A stretch of DNA of 64,000 nucleotides from NCBI RefSeq assembly GCF_009914755.1, contig NC_060937.1, one strand, 5' to 3'. A model generated the notes under the pieces. The model worked only from the letters and a program-made list of their open reading frames with translations. It ran no database searches and was not told the DNA's origin. Made by a program: the position numbers and the translations under genes. This document shows positions 61,096-64,000 of this stretch, in pieces. Positions within the stretch are counted from its first letter, which is position 1; every line of letters begins with the position of its first letter. The stretch is from the human T2T-CHM13v2.0 reference genome, Homo sapiens.

Positions 61096-61908
61096 AGAAG
61101 ACAGAAGGATCGTGAGACAGTTCGTTATTGTTTGGCGAACTGTAGCTGGACTCCGGCTCATATAATGAAAGAAACTTAAAGGAATGCCTAAGAATATTAC
61201 TCTACGAGTGTAAGAATTTGGTTTGTCAGTTTAAACTGATATCAGCAGTTACCTAAACCAAGTTTTTTAATAAGAACATCCAGGACTGACATAATGCTAT
61301 TTTGTTCAGCTCTTTGAAAAACAGCACAAAGCTAGCATCTCTGTGACATTCATTAGGTTCTGTAGCACAACATCCCAGAGGATGCTTTTGGGCTTCCTGC
61401 ATCTCAGTCACTTAGAATGAACCTTAAAATTCAGATTTTTCAAGGCTCATCCCAAACCTACCGAATCAAAGTGACTTCTTCTGTTGAGTAAGAATGTCTG
61501 AGGGTGGAGTGTTCTATTGAGTCAGAATGTCTAAAGTCATTTGTAAACTAATCTCAGATAGATAATCCTTGTATACATTAAGAGAACCACTGTCCTATGT
61601 TTACTTGACTGTTTTCATAATGTTTTCCTTCTGATTGTGGTAAAGTTAAAATTGTTTTGAGCTAAATGTGTACCAATATCAGTTTCTGCAGTATAAACAA
61701 AGCTTGATTATTTCAAGGTCATGCAGTGAGAACATTTATGCTGTGTGGGAGGAACCTCTAATTCCTTCTAATGAATAACACAAGCAAAATACAAGAAAAA
61801 CAATGCAAACACTGGAAGGCATAAGTAAGCACATCTGTTTTTAAATGTTCTCCTCTCATTGATTCCTCTAATCAAGGTGCTTCTTTAGATAGCTTACACG
61901 TTGAATTA

Positions 61909-61993
61909 TTCATGCATCTGTGCTTTACCAACTCCATGATACTGAAGAGTCTTTGGGCAGTCTCCTGGAGGTGGTAAAACACAAATGCGTGAA
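61909..61993 (-). ncRNA. MIR2681: microRNA precursor hairpin miR-2681 (5p arm about 61980-61959, 3p arm about 61941-61920)
   Basis: The minus strand forms a ~35-bp stem with G-U wobbles. Arms GUUUUACCACCUCCAGGAGACU and UAUCAUGGAGUUGGUAAAGCAC match miR-2681-5p/3p as I recall them, and MIR2681 is known to lie in an FGF14 intron. Confidence 0.88.
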
Positions 61994-62646
61994 AAGGGGG
62001 CAGAGAGCATATCTTTGCTCTTGATGTCTTTTTAACCTCTATTGAATCCTCTACAAAACCTATTGCATGGCTTAGACACATTAAACACCCAATAAATTCC
62101 TGCTGCCTAATCAGAAGGAAGAAAATCTGATACATGAACACTCCCAGGATAAAATGGGGTGATGGCTTGGACATGCTGGTAACAGAGGTAACATTTTCTA
62201 TTTCCAAATTGCAAGTTCACCCATAACTGTAATGGAGATGAGTCACTGGGTCAATGGTCATGCTGTAAATTTGTAGCTCTCTGCTAACACTTGAAAATAA
62301 TTCTTAAAATGATTGTCTTCATTTTATTAGCATGACTGATGACTTGGAAGGGAATCTATAATTGATTACATTCTACAACCAACCTCTGTTACTCAAATGA
62401 GTGAAAGTGCAGTTATAAGTAGATAAATCTTGTCTAAGAAATGAAGATAAATTCATATAAATGCATAAAGGTGAAATTGTTATGTAATGGCTATGCCTAA
62501 TTTATTAAGCATGTCATAATAAGCCTGACAAAAAGTCTAAAAAATATTTTTTGCAAGATACTGAACAGTAACAAAATATTTTACCTGTTGGATGTACAAA
62601 ATCTTATTTTAACAGCTACTGAACACATTAAAAAAAATACAGCTTA

Positions 62647-63038
<392 letters not shown>

Positions 63039-63538
63039 CTAAGTGTTCCCCCACAACTCTTTTAACTCACTTTTCATTTGTTCTGTAATCATGCATTCCA
63101 TCAACAGCCTTTTTTTTTTTTTTTTTTTTAAATCTGGGCATTGTTTGAGTTGAAAAAAGCTGGGGGTTTGGAAGCAGGGAGGGTACTTTAAGGAAGATGG
63201 GTTTTTATCACCAGGTCACTTTCCATCCACAATTCCTTGGTATGGACAGAAGAGAAGGGCATGCCTAGAGCCTGAAGCTAGCACAGAACTCACTAGTTGA
63301 AAGAAACAAGGATGGTCAGTGGAAGGGGAGGTAAGGAAAATCTGGCCAGTGGGCTCCATGCCTTGGAGTCATGCTTAGATCCACCTTTGTGAAGGGGTGG
63401 ACTGCCTAGGTCTTCATAACTACCTGTGCCAGCACTTAGCTCATAGTTGTCACTTATCATGGGTGGGTAAGTTACCAAATAAACAACTTCATCTGGTCTG
63501 GTTACTGGGGATTGAAGGATAAGAAACGGTATAGTCTA

Positions 63539-63672
63539 GGCTGGGTGCAGTGGCTCACGCCTGTAATCCCAGCACTTTGGGAGGCCGAGGTGGGCGGATC
63601 ACAAGGTCAGGAGATCGAGACCATCCTGGCTAACACGGTGAATCCCCGTCTCTACTAAAAATAACAAAAAAA
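63539..63672 (+). mobile_element. Solitary AluY-type left monomer with TSD
   Basis: Left arm only (gagatcgagaccatcctggctaacacggtgaa), ending in the A-rich linker. 18-bp TSD aagaaa(c/t)ggtatagtcta at 63521-63538 and 63673-63690. Confidence 0.92.
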
Positions 63673-64000
63673 AAGAAATGGTATAGTCTAGTGTTTCTGG
63701 CTGTTAGTCATTGGTAAAGCCAAAATACTCCTGCCTTTGAAGTTTCCTGATGCCTTCTAAACATTATATTTCAATCTGGTGAAGGAATAGGGCTCTAATG
63801 AGTCATTTGTGAAACCCTAATCAATAGCCTTGTGGTCTCCCTCATTTCTTATTATCATTGCACACACTACATCCACATGACTGCTTGTAAGACTATTTTT
63901 CACCGTAAATTGAACTCAAAATTTGCATATTTCTACCAATTTTAAATTTTGGCTTATGTTACATTTTGTATGAACAAGTTGCTGCCTAGAGTAGAAAAGT

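Overview
Primate (human-like) genomic DNA from the FGF14 (FHF4) locus, which is transcribed on the minus strand. The only cellular coding sequence is the 193-nt coding part of alternative first exon 1A (10897->10705, [18 protein letters not shown]...KKRRLRRQ), inside a CpG island at about 10.1-11.5 kb. To its left is the following intron. To its right is the 1A promoter region and, by established FGF14 gene structure, the very long first intron of the upstream-starting 1B isoform. A near-canonical REST/RE1 site lies about 3 kb upstream of exon 1A, and the intronic, co-oriented MIR2681 hairpin lies at about 61.9 kb. The rest is typical retro-element and DNA-transposon debris (L1PA/L1M, Alu, THE1/MLT1 LTRs, L2, MIR, MER20/MER5/MER1) and microsatellites. 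I found no novel multi-gene system. The most interesting unexplained signals are small structural ones: a perfect 21-bp inverted repeat with a competing alternative hairpin, two local duplications, an L1 with a possible micro 3' transduction, a TSD-flanked AluY left monomer, a strong-context uORF and a microexon-like splice cassette. Repeat subfamily calls and miRNA identity come from recognising the sequence by eye, not from database searches.
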